Shown here piece after piece: positions 21,330-33,704 of a stretch of DNA of 64,000 nucleotides. The notes under the pieces are model-generated. The model was not told where the DNA came from. It saw nothing but the letters and a program-made list of their open reading frames with translations, and did not search any database. Made by a program: the position numbers and the translations under genes. The stretch is from positions 40,471,801 to 40,535,800 of the forward strand of contig NC_068987.1 of assembly GCF_001194135.2 (NCBI RefSeq), in the 5' to 3' direction. Source of the DNA: Octopus bimaculoides. Its lineage: Eukaryota. Within the stretch, counting starts at the first letter, position 1. Every line of letters begins with the position of its first letter.

Positions 21330-24150
21330 GCTGTTTTTGGTGGCTCGGTGGTTCAATATAATGATTGTAAATTGATTCCATTGTTAGATGAGACAAGCCT
21401 GCATCTTCATGGAAGAAATCTTACATTTGAGGTGTCAATAGTAAGGAGATTAAAGATGGAATGATTTTGTGGAGAGCTAAGTGTATTAGAGGTGGGAATT
21501 GGAGAGGTATTCAGATAGAGAATAATGAGAGAAGAAAATAAGTTTCAAGGGATAGGAGTTAATAAGGAGGCTAGCAGAGAGTTATAGTAATAGAGGTAGA
21601 AAATATGAGGAAGAGGAGAGGGTGGTTTAGGTAGTATGTAAATGGTAACCTTTGTGTTAGTTTGTAAGAAGGCTATAGAATTAATGGTTGAGATAGTAAG
21701 AAAGTGAATGGCCATTATTTGAGGGAAATAAGTTGACTGGTTCAGTGGCTGATTACTAAAGTATGTAGGGAAGTATGATAGAAGATAGAGGGGTGGATAG
21801 AGTGGGGGTGAGTTGGTGGTCAATATAGCAGTTGATAGTGGGGGGGGGGTGAGCAGTTGATAGTTGGGTAAAGGAATTAGGTTGGTATTGGAGAGGGATT
21901 GGAGTTTACTGTAAGGGAGGTGGAGCTCCGTTAGTCAAATATTAGTAAGGAAGAACCAGAAGTGCAATCTGTATGAGTATTGAATTGAGAGGCGGTATTG
22001 CAGCTAGTATATGTTGTCGTGTGGGTAGAATTGAGAGAAGATGGCTTGAATCTGGTATTATTTAGTTGGATTACTAAGGATTGTATTATTGCTAATAGGT
22101 GGGTTAAAGTTTGGGTGTTCAGAGGATTGATATTGAAGTTTGAGTCTGTTTGAGGAGGCAATTATGGATCCTAAATTAAGTGTGGTGAAGTAGGAGATTT
22201 TCACAGATGATTTATTAAAGATAGGGTAGTATTTGTGCTGTGGTGGGGAATTAGATCTTAGGATTTTAAAGAAGAGTTTAGGTAGGGATTTAACTTTGAG
22301 AGAGAAAGGTGGTGTGAAACATAAGATTTCCTGGCCTTAGAATGTTTAGAGTGTGTGGTTGTAGTGGATGGATCAGGAGAGGGAGGCTTGTAGTTGTTAT
22401 AGGCTTGGGGTGGCCAAAGGGGCTGCTGAGTGCAATGTGTAGGGGGAGTTTTTTGAGGGTTGTTGGATTGGTATTGAGTGGAAGGACAACCTGTAGATTT
22501 GGGGTTAGTATTGGGAAAGAGATGTGTTAATTTAGTTTTAAGCTTAGTATTGGGGATATAATAAATCTGTTCATAGAAGCCGCTTATTTGGAGGGTCTGA
22601 TTATAATATGGGGCATGACTGTTAAAAATTTCTTCATCTGCGGAAAAGTTGGAGATTCTGATAGAACTACACTATTAAGAGTAAATTTAGGATGATTAGA
22701 TAGGATATTGATATATTGTAAAGATTGGTTGGGTTTATGGAAAGGGTGATATAGATTTGTATTTAAGTCCAGAGTAAGTCTCAGAAATTGGCCACCTTAG
22801 TGTCAATTTTGAATGAAATACTCAGTTTATAGTTTTTTAAAAGCTTGTGTAGGGCTTTCTTAAAGCAATCCATTGATGGTTGAGATAATCCAGTTGCTGA
22901 AAGGAGAGTATCATCCTTGTATAGTTCACCAGAGAGGTTAGGGAAGTATTGTTTACTTTGAGAGAGAAGGAATAGGCTAACTAGGTCAGTAACCAGGGTT
23001 GAGTTTGATGCATCCATGGTTATATCAAAAAAATTTGTATATGAGTTTCAGATCCAATTATTATCCTTAAAGTGAATTAGAGTCTTCCTTGCAGCCAGGA
23101 TGATATTGATGTCAGAGCAAGAGATGAGTGCATATTTTCGGGCAAAGATTAAGGCTTTATTTAAGAGAATTGGTGATATTGAGGAATAATAATTTGAGAT
23201 ATTGAACTGAAGGAAATGGGTATGTTGTTTATCAGAAAGAGAGAGAGAGACCAGGTGATGACATCGCTGGTGCAATTCCAGAGCTGAAGCTTAATGTCAG
23301 TTCTTCCTAGGGGTAAAATATAGTCGATAATGCATTTACTAATTCAACCTAGTTAGATTTAGTAGGGCAGATGAGTCTAATAGAAGGCTTAGTTGAGAAG
23401 TTGGGTTTATGGTCCTTGAAGGTGAAGTGAGAGGGTGTATGGTTCACTTCTATTTAGTAAATTTAGATTAACAATGAGCTTACAATGGATGTTGTTAATC
23501 TCATTAAGAGCATTGCTATGTGAATGTTTATAATTTGAGTTTAGTTCCTTTGATATGAGGTTAGTACACATTTCCAAGGGGAGGGAGTAAAGATTGCCAG
23601 TTTTGTCAGAAAAAAACATACAGGTGTGGTGAAGACCTTATATTAGATATAATTTTGGATAATTCTTTCTGGAAGGAATTAATATAATTAGAGAATTAGA
23701 ATAATTAGAGAGTTATGTTTTTTATCATATGTATATCTTTCTCAAAATTAGCAATACAGAGTTTGGGGGTGGGTTTTTATGGGGCTTTAGATTGTAAGAG
23801 TCCTTTTCATTAGAAGATTCAGGGTTATTAGATTTGAGGTTGAAGTATAGGGCTCTCCACCTTATTCAAGTGATGAAATCATTAGTTTTCTGTAGTAAGA
23901 GTTCCATGTAGAGATCCGTAGATGGGATTGGGATATTTTTTGTAGATGTGCCCAAGAACTACTTATCCACGAGTGTTATCTATAAGTAGTGCTATATAGT
24001 TCATAGATGAGAATCAGATATTCTCCGTATAGAATACACCTACACTTGAGTGGGTAGAGGAGTAAACGTAAGGATCGATATACAAAGAATATTTAATACA
24101 TTAGGAGAGTATTGTAGTCTGCTTGAAGCATTGTGTATTGTTTGTAAAGA
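21330..24150 (-). mobile_element. Decayed Penelope-like element (tentatively Nematis-type, Y[RK]DD RT)
   Basis: IRWRALYF, FSDKTGNLYSL, FLQFNISNYYSSIS..LLNKALIFAR, DLVSLFLL..ELYKDDTL, and FTPPFSLKV..VKISY in shifted frames. A degenerate hammerhead-type terminal repeat lies at 21330-21420. Confidence 0.8.
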
Positions 24151-24222
24151 ATAAAAAGTTTTGAATGGTACAACAATGCACTATAATACAAACAATGAGC
24201 TATATACCTGTTGTAATTTAGT

Positions 24223-24281
24223 CATCTATAGTCTGATATGATATTTCGGAATAATATTCCTTCTTCAGATATTCTTAGATG
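24223..24281 (-). ncRNA. Minimal type I hammerhead ribozyme motif
   Basis: CATCTA-AGA-ATAT-CTGAAGA-A-GGAAT-ATT-ATTCC-GAA-ATAT-C(24240)-ATAT-CAGACTA-TAGATG: intact core, 5-bp stem II, palindromic ATAT stem III, AUC site. Confidence 0.72.
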
Positions 24282-24592
24282 GAGTCGCTGCTATAATCGG
24301 TTTTCTAACGGCTTTTCTTTTTTTCTTTTTGGAAGCATCTCAGCAGTGATCTCACGAAGCTCCATCCGGAATTCCTCATGAGAAGTGCATGAGGTTGGCC
24401 ATGTCTCAATCTCGTGTGTGCTGGTACATCCATAGTGCTACAGATGTACCAGTACACACGAGAATGAGACATGGCTGACCTCATGCACTTCTTATGAGGA
24501 ATTCCGGATGGAGCTTCGTGAGACCACTGCTGAGACGCTTCCGAAAAAAAAAAATGGAAAAGCCATAAGAAAACCGATTATAGCAGCGACTC

Positions 24593-24651
24593 CATCTAAG
24601 AATATCTGAAGAAGGAATATTATTCTGAAATATCATATCAAACTATGGATG
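24593..24651 (+). ncRNA. Minimal type I hammerhead ribozyme motif (mirror copy)
   Basis: CTGAAGA at 24606-24612, GGAAT/ATTCT stem II (one G.U), GAAA at 24627-24630, ATAT-C(24634). Confidence 0.68.
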
Positions 24652-24765
24652 ACTAAATTACAACAGGTATATATAGCTCACGGTTTGAATTATAGTGCAT
24701 TGTTGTACCATTCAAAACTTTCTATTTTTTAATACATTAAACACAAAGAATGCATAAAATGTATA

Positions 24766-25616
24766 CAGACTGTCTTCATTTAACGACCACTCAGAGTTAC
24801 GATGAACTTTACGAGCCATCATTACATATTTTACAAAATATAAAAACTTAAAAACTTTGTCGTATTGTGCGCTGTACGAGAACTGCCATTGTGATGGCAG
24901 CACATCCCGAGCACCCAGCCTCACTTGCTCTCTCACTCTCCTGCCTATGGTTAGCCAGGCAACACAGTGATGCTCTCTGTACCTATATTACAATTTCATC
25001 TCTTTTTTCCATTATCTCTTGCACCCCATACTACAAGATGCCTCCAAAGAGGAAGAATACATCTTCACCTGTTGTCTGCCTTTCCAAGGTAGAAAGGCAG
25101 ACAACTGAACTTTTCCGATGTTATCAAGAAATTTATGACGGAAAAAAGAAGATAACAAAGCAAACAACACTGACAGGATTTTTCATGCATTTTGATGTCA
25201 AGAATGAGTTGCTTTTGTAATCTTTATCCAAAGTAAAACAAAGTTATTATGTTTGAGTTTCCTTTAAACCTTTTCACCTTTTCTATATAATCCTGAGAAA
25301 AGTTTATTAGGCATCTTATGTACTGGGCCTGGAATCAGAAACATACTTACGATGTCTGAGCTACAATAATACAGTATCCATATCCTAACTTTTAAGGTTT
25401 TCTTTGTGATAATCTTACTGTTACTTATTCATTTTTCAATAATTTATGTTAGTGATTCTTGGCCCTGGACTGCATATACTTTATACAGTATGGTATTCTG
25501 TTTTTATATGTATGTACAGTACACTATACTTATAAAAAAAAATATGTACCCCATGAATATTCGTTTAACGACGGGGCTGTTGAAATGTAACTCGGTCATT
25601 AAATGAGTACAGTCTG
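24766..25616 (+). mobile_element. Tigger/pogo-type internally deleted DNA transposon (851 bp)
   Basis: TA TSD at both ends. TIR CAGACTGT..TCATTTAA(C/T)GACC. Remnant peptide MPPKRK..CYQEIYDGKKKITKQTTLTGFF. Confidence 0.85.
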
Positions 25617-25624
25617 TATATGTT

Positions 25625-27625
25625 TAGATACAAAAAGGTAGTGGAACAGTGTAGTTGACAGGGCATATTTGAGTGAAGAAACAAGCCTGGAAGGACAAGA
25701 AGGGCGGACAAGAAGCAAGGAACTATATCAGGTAGCTAGAAAGGAAGCTAGGAGAAAATTATACTTAAAGTAAAGTTAAATTACCTTCTTGAGTCATGCC
25801 AACTCATAAGAGCCAGTTCCCCAGTTTTCACGGTGTATAAATTCTCCACCTGGACAGGATGCTGATCCATTGCAGGATTACTCATTTTTGCCAGCTGAGT
25901 GGACTGGAGTAACGTAAAATGAAGCATTTTGCTCAAGAACACTATGTGTTGCCTGGTCCAGGAATTGAAACCACAATCTTACGATCATGAGGCCAACACC
26001 CTAACCACTAAGCCATGCACTTCCACTGCAGTTATATTTAGCCAGGGATGAAGCAGAAAAGAATGCCAATGTTCTGTAGTGTGAGAATCAATGGCTTGAA
26101 GTATTTCAGTTTGCAAGACAGTGTGTCAGGTAAAATTGTGATGTTGTAGGAGAGAAGTGCATTCTCATGGATGATGGTTTACTCTGCAAAGAAAGTGGCT
26201 TGGAAGTGCCACTATGAAAGGCTGCTAAAGGTAGAGAATACACAGGAGAAGGATACACAGAAGCTTGGGATAGATGAATGGTTGGTGAGAGCTGTACAAG
26301 CTATGTACAGGGATGCTGTCAGTACAGTGAAGGTTGGCAATGAGCATAGCAAGGAATTCAGTGTACAGGTGGAGTTTACCAAGGATCAATTCTCAACACC
26401 CTGGTGTACATCATAGTCCTCCAGGCTATAACAGAGAAATTTAAGACTGGCTACCTTTGGGAGCTCCTCTATGCTGATGACTTAGTTCTTGTGGCTGAAT
26501 CACTAACAGAACTCGAGAAGAAATTTCAGGTGTGGAAGCAAGGCCTTAGAGTTTAGGTTAGTAGGAAAACAGATAAATCACAAATGCCTTCAGGGTGATG
26601 GCCCTGTTCAATATGTAGATAAGGTGTAGGTAGAAATTTGACAAAGTGTACCCAGTGCAAGCTATGGACACATAAGAGGTATCAGAGAGAGGTTAACAGA
26701 GAAAGTAGTCTTTGTCTGTGGCAGGTGTATAGTACAATAAACACTAGGAATATACAGAAAATAGACCCTGTCAAATGCCCAAGAGAATATTTAGAAGTAG
26801 TAGATGACTTCCAATATCTAGGTGACCAAGTCACTAGTGGAAGTGGATGCTCTGAGAGCATAGCTGCTAGACTATGAATAAGCTGGGCAAAGTTCAGAGA
26901 GTGTCTACCTTTGTTGGTAACAAAGGGCCTTTCCTTCAGAGTATGATACCATGCAGAGTATGATGCCATGCAGAGTATGATGCCAGATTGTATGATGCCA
27001 TGCTATATGGCAGTGCAAAGGCTTATAAGAAATGAAGCTAATATGCTTCACTGGATGTGCTATATCAGCGTGCATGAACAACAGATTGTAAGCATATTGA
27101 GAGAAAAATTGGGTATAAGAGGCATCAAATGTAGTGTGCAAGAGAGAAGACTGCACTGGTATGCTCATGTGATGAATATGGATGAGGATACCTGTGTAAC
27201 GAAGTGGCAATCTCTAACAGTGGAAGGAACCTGTGGAAGAAGTTGATCCATGGAATGAAGTGGTGAAGTATGATCTTTGAATGTTGAGTCTCATGGAAGC
27301 AGTGACAAGTGATCAAGTCCCTTGGCGATTTGCTGTGCTTTAGAAGACATGTCAAGCTAAGTGAAATTGTATTTATGGCCAGTGCTGGCGACACGTAAAA
27401 GGCAGTCATGCCAGCAACACGTACAAGGTACCCATGCTAGTGACACATAAAGGGTATCTGTGTCGGTGACACATAAAAGGCACCCACTACACTTTGTGGT
27501 TTAGTTGGCTTCAGGAAGGGCATCCAGCCATAGAAACCAAGCCAAACCAAACTGGAGCCTGGTATTGCTCTCCAGCTTCAACTCATGCCAGTACAGAAAA
27601 CTATACTACATGTTGTTGATGATTA
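25625..27625 (+). mobile_element. Decayed RTE LINE fragment with internal deletions, interrupted by a SINE
   Basis: KLGIDEWLVRAVQAMYRDA, WELLYADDL, CTQCKLWTHKR, FQYLGDQ, and the 3' UTR. Confidence 0.88.
25777..26027 (-). mobile_element. tRNA-derived SINE inserted in the RTE
   Basis: Minus-strand head TGGCTTAGTGGTTAGG..GGTTTCAATTCC (A/B-box-like) and a (TTTAC/TTTAA)-like tail. The RTE sequence resumes on both sides. Confidence 0.7.
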
Positions 27626-27904
27626 TATACACACACACACACACATAGATATTTGAGCGGTCTATCCCTTATTCAATTAATGTGTCTTGTCTAGCAAGCT
27701 ACATGGTGACCATGCTGGTATCATTTAAAAAACACTGAGTACATTCTGTAAAGTTGTTGGCATTAGGAAAAGTATCCAGCTGTAGAAACCATGGAAAAAT
27801 AGATGTTAAATAATGGTGGAGATGATGATTATATATATTTATACATACAGACACACACACACACACACATATATAAATGTATGTATGTTTATAAATCTAA
27901 TAAA

Positions 27905-28150
27905 CACTATTAGTTTTATGCAATAAGAGCATGCCAGACAATATTTTTTAACACATCTAGTGTCTCAGTGTAATCTTCAGGCACCGCCCACATGGAATAA
28001 CAAACTAAAAATGGGACAATAGGATGACAGAAGTGAGAAAAGGTGAGAAGGAAGTATATATTAAAGGTGGACAGTTGAAAGACTGGAAAACAAAAAGAAA
28101 ACAGAAAGAAGCAAAAGCTGGGAGGAACTAAAGTTATTTCCCTTTTGACC
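27905..28150 (-). repeat. Dispersed repeat homologous to 52190-52400 (probable PLE terminal repeat)
   Basis: Shared GTGGGC..CCTGAAGATT..GTTAAAAAAT..GTCTG..TTGCATAAAACTA in opposite orientation. Confidence 0.6.
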
Positions 28151-28375
28151 ATAAAATATATGGCTGAAAAGTTAGTGGCTTAGAGTCTGTGGTACAGCTT
28201 TTTAATTCGGTTGGTAAGCAAGCTACTTACCACACAGCCACTCCTGCCTCTATAAATGTAAAGGCAGACGAAATAAAGCATTTTGCCATGTGTGCTAACA
28301 TTTCTGCCAGCATTAATGTGCAATGTTGAAGACAGAATAGGAGAAATAATAAGAACAAATGGGAGGGGTAGAATA

Positions 28376-28378
28376 TGA

Positions 28379-28410
<32 letters not shown>

Positions 28411-28463
28411 AGAAGAAGAAGAAGAAGAAGAAGAAGAAGAAGAAGAAGAAGAAGAAGAAGAAG
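28376..28463. repeat. (GAAA)n(GAA)n microsatellite
   Basis: Direct reading. Confidence 0.97.
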
Positions 28464-28776
28464 AGATGGTGGAAGGAAAGAACATAGGAAAAAGACATGG
28501 ATATAGAAGAGAGCAGAATTTGCAAGTTGCTATCTGTTTTGCCAGCGGTCTGCCATTTGTTATTAAGATAATGTGGTAAGGAAAACAGTTGATAACACAG
28601 ACACATACACACATACACACAGAGGCACAAAAGAGCATACAAATACTATTTGTTTTATCAAATATATAGAATTTCTTAATAGAGGCACAATGTCAATTAG
28701 GGAGAGGAATACAATATCAATATATTCTGGAGAGAAGATATAGATGGGTGAGTGGATAGAAGACAATCAACTGAGA

Positions 28777-29185
28777 GATTTGTGGTTCATATCCAGTCAT
28801 CAGTACTGCACATCTGTTGTCAACTCTGAAATGGCTTACTCCACCTAGTTGTAAATAAAAAACGACTAACCGACACTCCATCGGTTACAATGATGAGTGT
28901 TCCAGTTGATTCAATCCACAGAACAGCTTGTTTGTGAAATTAAGATGCTGAGCACTTCACAGACATGTATAACCTAGACATAGCTCTTAGGAAGATTCAG
29001 CGTGACACAGAATGTGATAAGGGTGGCCTTTTGAAATAAAGCTATTACTCATTTTGCCATCTGAATGGACTGGTGCAATGTGAAATAAAGTGCTTTGCTT
29101 AAGGACATAACATGCCACCAGGTACTGAACTCATGACCCTATGATCATGAGCCAAATACCCAAACTACTAAGCCACATGCCTACA
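28777..29185 (-). mobile_element. Decayed SINE, head related to 25777-26027
   Basis: Shared ACTCATTTTGCCA.CTGA.TGGACTGG..GATCATGAG..ACTAAGCCA. Confidence 0.6.
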
Positions 29186-29616
29186 GATTAGGAAATAACT
29201 TGACTTTAAACATCAATCTAGGATATTTGCATGCACAACAGCAGCAGCATTGTACCAGATGTGAGAGCAATACTCCATTGAGGATTTTAAAAGAGGTTTG
29301 TTGAGTATAAATAATTATCAGGGGCTAAAGAGAAGGGTTGGCTAATAGGACGCTGTCCTAACTATGTTAGGGACATGCTTTCACAAAGAAAGATCCTTGA
29401 TAGTGAGACCCAGTAATTAGAGTGATTTTGAAGGCTCAAACTGAGTACTGCTCATAATTAATAATGATAGGGTTTGATGACGTTTATTTGATATGAGAAG
29501 CATGTTTTCTTGCAGTTGACAGAGACAAAATTGGCCAATCCCTTTCAAAGCAAGACCCCAGTGAGAGAAGAGTAGGTCATCAGTAGATCAGGCTTATGGA
29601 AACTGTACTGGTGGTA

Positions 29617-31440
29617 ATGAATGAATGAATGGATGGATGGATGGATGAAAAATAGATAGATAGATATCTTTCTTTATTAGCCAGGCAAGGTCAAACACAG
29701 AGGGGACAATACAATGTAGTACTTCTCTTTTCAAAAGAAAGAAAGAAAGGAAAAAAAGTACGATCAAAAGGGATCGAAAGCATTTGGGACATGTAAACAG
29801 CAAAACAAGGCAGGGTAAAAATGTAAAACAGATTAGGTTTGTCCAAGGAAAGAAAAGCCTTCGGAAAAGACCATGGTAACCTCAGGCAGAAAAAGTAACA
29901 CAAGAGCAAAGCGCTCTCTCTCTCTCTCTTTTGGATTTACAGGATCATGCTTAAAGTGGTTTCATCATTTACACGTACCATCTTTGCTACATTCACCCAC
30001 CTTTTATTGAAAGTTTTATGAGATAAAACTTCCCTCTCTATTCCCACCTTTCTTTTCAAGTGGTACTTGAAAAGTTGATGATTGATTGGCCAGAGAGGAA
30101 AGTGTTTGTCTCTAAACCTTTCACATGAGTCAACCACACACATTCTTTCACCATAGCCACCAGTACAATGAAAACTGCCTTGCCTTCCTGGTTAAAGGAA
30201 GGTGGCAGGGCAATATTCACGATAGACTCAGCCGATAACTGAATTTATCCTACATATGACAGCAGCCATTCAACATAAGTCCACAGGTCAGAAATGGTTG
30301 GACACTGCACGAGTTCATGCAGAATGGTTTCATCACTCTGACCGTATCTCAAGCAAGTCGGTCCGGTGTATCTCAAACCGTACCTGTAGAGCTTATCCTG
30401 AACAGGCAATGCTTCCTGATAGCACTCCAGGCCAGGGATCTCTGGTGATTTTTCATAGGTCCCGGCCCGAAAGTTGTCCTGAAGAGGCGGGTTAGGTGAT
30501 CCCCGTTGACACCCAGATTCTCCCCAAGAATGTCATCACACCTCCCCTCAACTAATCTTCTACAGAATGCCTATGTGGAATTAAAGTCGCACAAGTTTGG
30601 TCCCAGACAGCAGAGTTGCTTGAGAGCAAGGTGGCACTCACAATGCCATTCGCCTAGCTTCAGTCTCTGTTTGATCCATGACTGCAGTTTGGCCAAAGAG
30701 ATGAGCTGCAGGAAAGCACGCCTCACAAACGGCAACCACACCTGTTCACCATTGTCTATGAAGTGCTGGAGATGTCGCAGTCTCAGTGTATGTCTGCACA
30801 TCATCAACCACGGCATGCCCAGCTCTCCATTTAGCAGGTGTTGACAGTAAATGGATCACCTAACCATCGGAATGCTTCCCTTCCACAAAAAGTGGAAGAA
30901 TATGCATTCCAGTTTGGTGACGGTAGGGTTAGGACAAGGGACGATGGTCAGGGAGTAATAGATGATGGATGTGATGTACATGTTTACCACCTCCACCCGA
31001 CTTTTTAGGGATAGCTTTCTCTTGGCCCATTGCTGGGTGAGAGTGGCTACCCTACTTGTTATCTTGTCCCAGTTCTTCTCCATTTGGAGGTCCGGTCTGA
31101 GCCAGACCCCGAGCAATTTAACCAGTCTGCCGGTCCAGTGTTGGATGGCATGGGCCTACCTCTCCAGGTGCCGAGCTGCAAGCCCACTGACTTTTCTGAA
31201 TAAATTTTCACCTGCTTCATATTCTTTTAGTTTCTTGCCGATCAGGTTGATATGCCTGTGGCTCGACACTATGATGGTGATGTCGTTCGCATATGCAGAC
31301 ATGCCCCTCCTGCATCCCAGTTCTTGCGGAATGCTCCTCAGCATCACCAGCTTTCATAGTAGTGGCTCTAGAGCCAATATGTACAGAAGCAACAAAAGGG
31401 GGCAGCCTTGATGGACTGAACACATGATTTTAAATGGTCT
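29617..31440 (-). mobile_element. 5'-truncated Tx1/L1-clade LINE
   Basis: VHQGCPLLLLLYILALEPLL, SAYANDITII (YADD), LGVWL..KNWDKI..LSLKSRVEVVN, a CCHC-knuckle remnant at ~30300-30360, and AATAAA ~10 nt before a (TATC)/(CATC)n tail. Confidence 0.88.
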
Positions 31441-31441
31441 T

Positions 31442-31700
31442 GATGAATGGATGGATGGATAGATATCTTTCTTTATTAGCCACGCAGTGCCAAACACAGA
31501 GGGGACAATACACTGTCGAACTTATCTTTTCAAAAGAAAGAAAGAAAAAAAAAAATACAATCAAAAGGGATCGAAAGTGTTTGGGACATGTAAACAGCAA
31601 AATAAGGTGGGGTAAAAATGTAAAACAGGTTTATCTGTGGAAAGAAAAGTCTACAAAAAAGACAGACAGACAGATAGATAGGTAGAGAGAGAGAGAAAGA
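31442..31700 (-). mobile_element. Second copy of the same Tx1-like element (3' ~200 bp only), embedded in microsatellite
   Basis: 31462-31660 matches 29663-29860 and is flanked by (GGAT)n(AGAT) and (GACA)n(GATA)n. Confidence 0.85.
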
Positions 31701-32270
31701 GAGAGAGGTCTCCATTACCTTAGAGACATTAGAAGTGAGTGTACTAATTGGTAGAGTCAAAGAGGTTGCCTTTCTTTGAGATAGGGCTCGTTGACTCAAT
31801 GTGTCTGTTATATTAATATATCATTCATCATGATCCTTTGTCAACTTGATTATAAGACATTGTAATTAATTCTTCCCATACCTTTTGAATGTAGTATCAT
31901 TGGTTGTTTAACTCTAAATGTCTCAGTTTTTCTGTGTAGAATTGTTTACCTTCCATATTTTTGCAATTATTCATTTGTCCTTATACTTGCTCTTAATTAC
32001 ACTGCGTACTTAGACATTCTTGTATGTATCTAGCTTTTGTTTAATACTTTTTGTTAACATTGAAATAAAATAGCTTTCTATTGACCTGTCTTTCCTTCTG
32101 TCCTTTCACAGAATGTATATGCATATATGTGCATCATTCATACATATACATTCATATACAAAAGTTAAAAAATACTACGAGTAACAAAACAGACAACATT
32201 CACTGTACACACAAAAGCAGAGTAATAAAAGCAAAACAATACATATGCATTGAGTATTTGCATATACAAA

Positions 32271-32375
32271 CCTCACTCAGAGTACATACATTTACAGCCC
32301 TCACTCACAGACCACATACATTTACAGAACTCACTCATAGACCACATACATATACAGACTTCACTCATACTCCAC
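32271..32375. repeat. ~30-bp minisatellite, about 3.5 copies
   Basis: CTCACTCA.AGACCACATACAT.TACAG repeats. Confidence 0.8.
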
Positions 32376-32654
32376 AATGAAATAAAGGCACTTTAAAAAA
32401 AAATGGAGCTTCCAACAGTTAAGCACTCAATTTTGAAGTAAGAATGTAACTGTTTTGTTGGTGTCAGCTTTACAAACTGCAACAGTTTGCTTGTGGGTTA
32501 TGTGGGAGCTTTAGGTAAGTAGTGTGTCACCTTAACATCAGAGAAATTAAACTTTAAAAAAGCATTACCGTCCAACTGAACATAAAATATCACTGCACCC
32601 CTTAATTAGTCTCAAAAAAGTCAAGAGTTAAAATTTAAAAAATAGTTATCTTAC

Positions 32655-32697
32655 CTGTCTAAATGAAGCACCTATGATGTTATCGGGAAATATATTT
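32655..32697 (-). CDS. SLC1A: 43-nt exon of an SLC1A/EAAT-family glutamate/neutral amino-acid transporter: (R)NIFPDNIIGASFRQ
   Basis: Acceptor TTCTTCATTCTCACAG, donor CAG|GTAAGA. The peptide matches the EAAT motif RN(M/L)FPxNLVxACFxQ. A 43-nt phase-2/phase-0 exon matches the vertebrate SLC1A structure as I recall it. Confidence 0.88.
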
Positions 32698-33704
32698 CTG
32701 TGAGAATGAAGAATAAATATAATTAATTTAGTAGTAAAGTAGCAACAGTTAAGTTTCATTGCCATATTGAAGCATAATTCTGAGGTGTTCTAATCCCACA
32801 AAAGTAATCCTGGAGCCTATGATAAAGAAACCTTGTACAAAAACTTTGCTAGGAAATTTTGCACAGATATTTACTGTGCATTAACATCTGTAGCTAATTT
32901 GTTAGACATTAGTAGAGGTTGTGAAGACTGACATTTAGTCATCTTTTATGGCTTCATTCTACTTTGGGTTTTATTGTTGGTAATAGGCTATTGGCAATAA
33001 CAAATGACCTTATGAAGATATAAAGCAAAATTAAAACATATATAAACAAACATATATACTTATATTCCTTATTAAAGCATTTTGTTGTCTGGATAAAATA
33101 AAATACTTTTTGAATTACAACAACACTGATAATGTTATAGTAAAAGTGTGTTCTATTAAGTGCAATCACCACCCTCATGTTAAAGTCCATGTTTCCAGGC
33201 TTCCATGGATCAGACATTATTCATTGAGACAGAATTTTTCTATGGCCAGATGCCCTTCCTGTAGCTTACCCTCACTTGTTTCCAAGTAAGGAAATATTTT
33301 CCATGCCCAGACATGTTTTCATGGATGATTTGAAAGAAAGGACACTGCTTGTATGACACTGACACTCATTTAAAACCATCACATGATGTCAAAATAAGAA
33401 GAAACCAACACAATCGTGTGTGTGCGTGTGTGTATGAGAAAGAGAGAGAGAGAGAGACAGACAGAGACAGAGAAAGGGAGGCTTTCAGTTTCCATTTACC
33501 AAATCCACTCACAAGGCTTTGGTTGGCCTAAACCTGAAATCATGTGACTGAGAACTAAAGTTCTCAGCCACACAGCCATGGTACTGTGTGTGTGTGCACG
33601 TGTGTATGTGTGTGTGTGCGTGTGCACGCGAATGCACACATGCATGTGTGTGTGTGAATCTAAAACAGTTTTATACATAAAGGGGTTAGGTGGAGTTGGT
33701 GTAT

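Larger units (their letters stand above)
24155..24721. repeat. Long palindrome: ~276-bp arms (24155-24430 / 24443-24721), 12-bp spacer; probable inverted PLE terminal repeat
   Basis: The arms are roughly 90% reverse-complementary by eye, and the palindrome abuts the 5' end of the PLE ORF. Confidence 0.93.

Noticed and set aside
31879-31928. 50-nt candidate exon (KTETFRVKQPMILHSK)
   Set aside because: It is open only from a phase-2 start, which is incompatible with the phase-0 end of the 43-nt exon.
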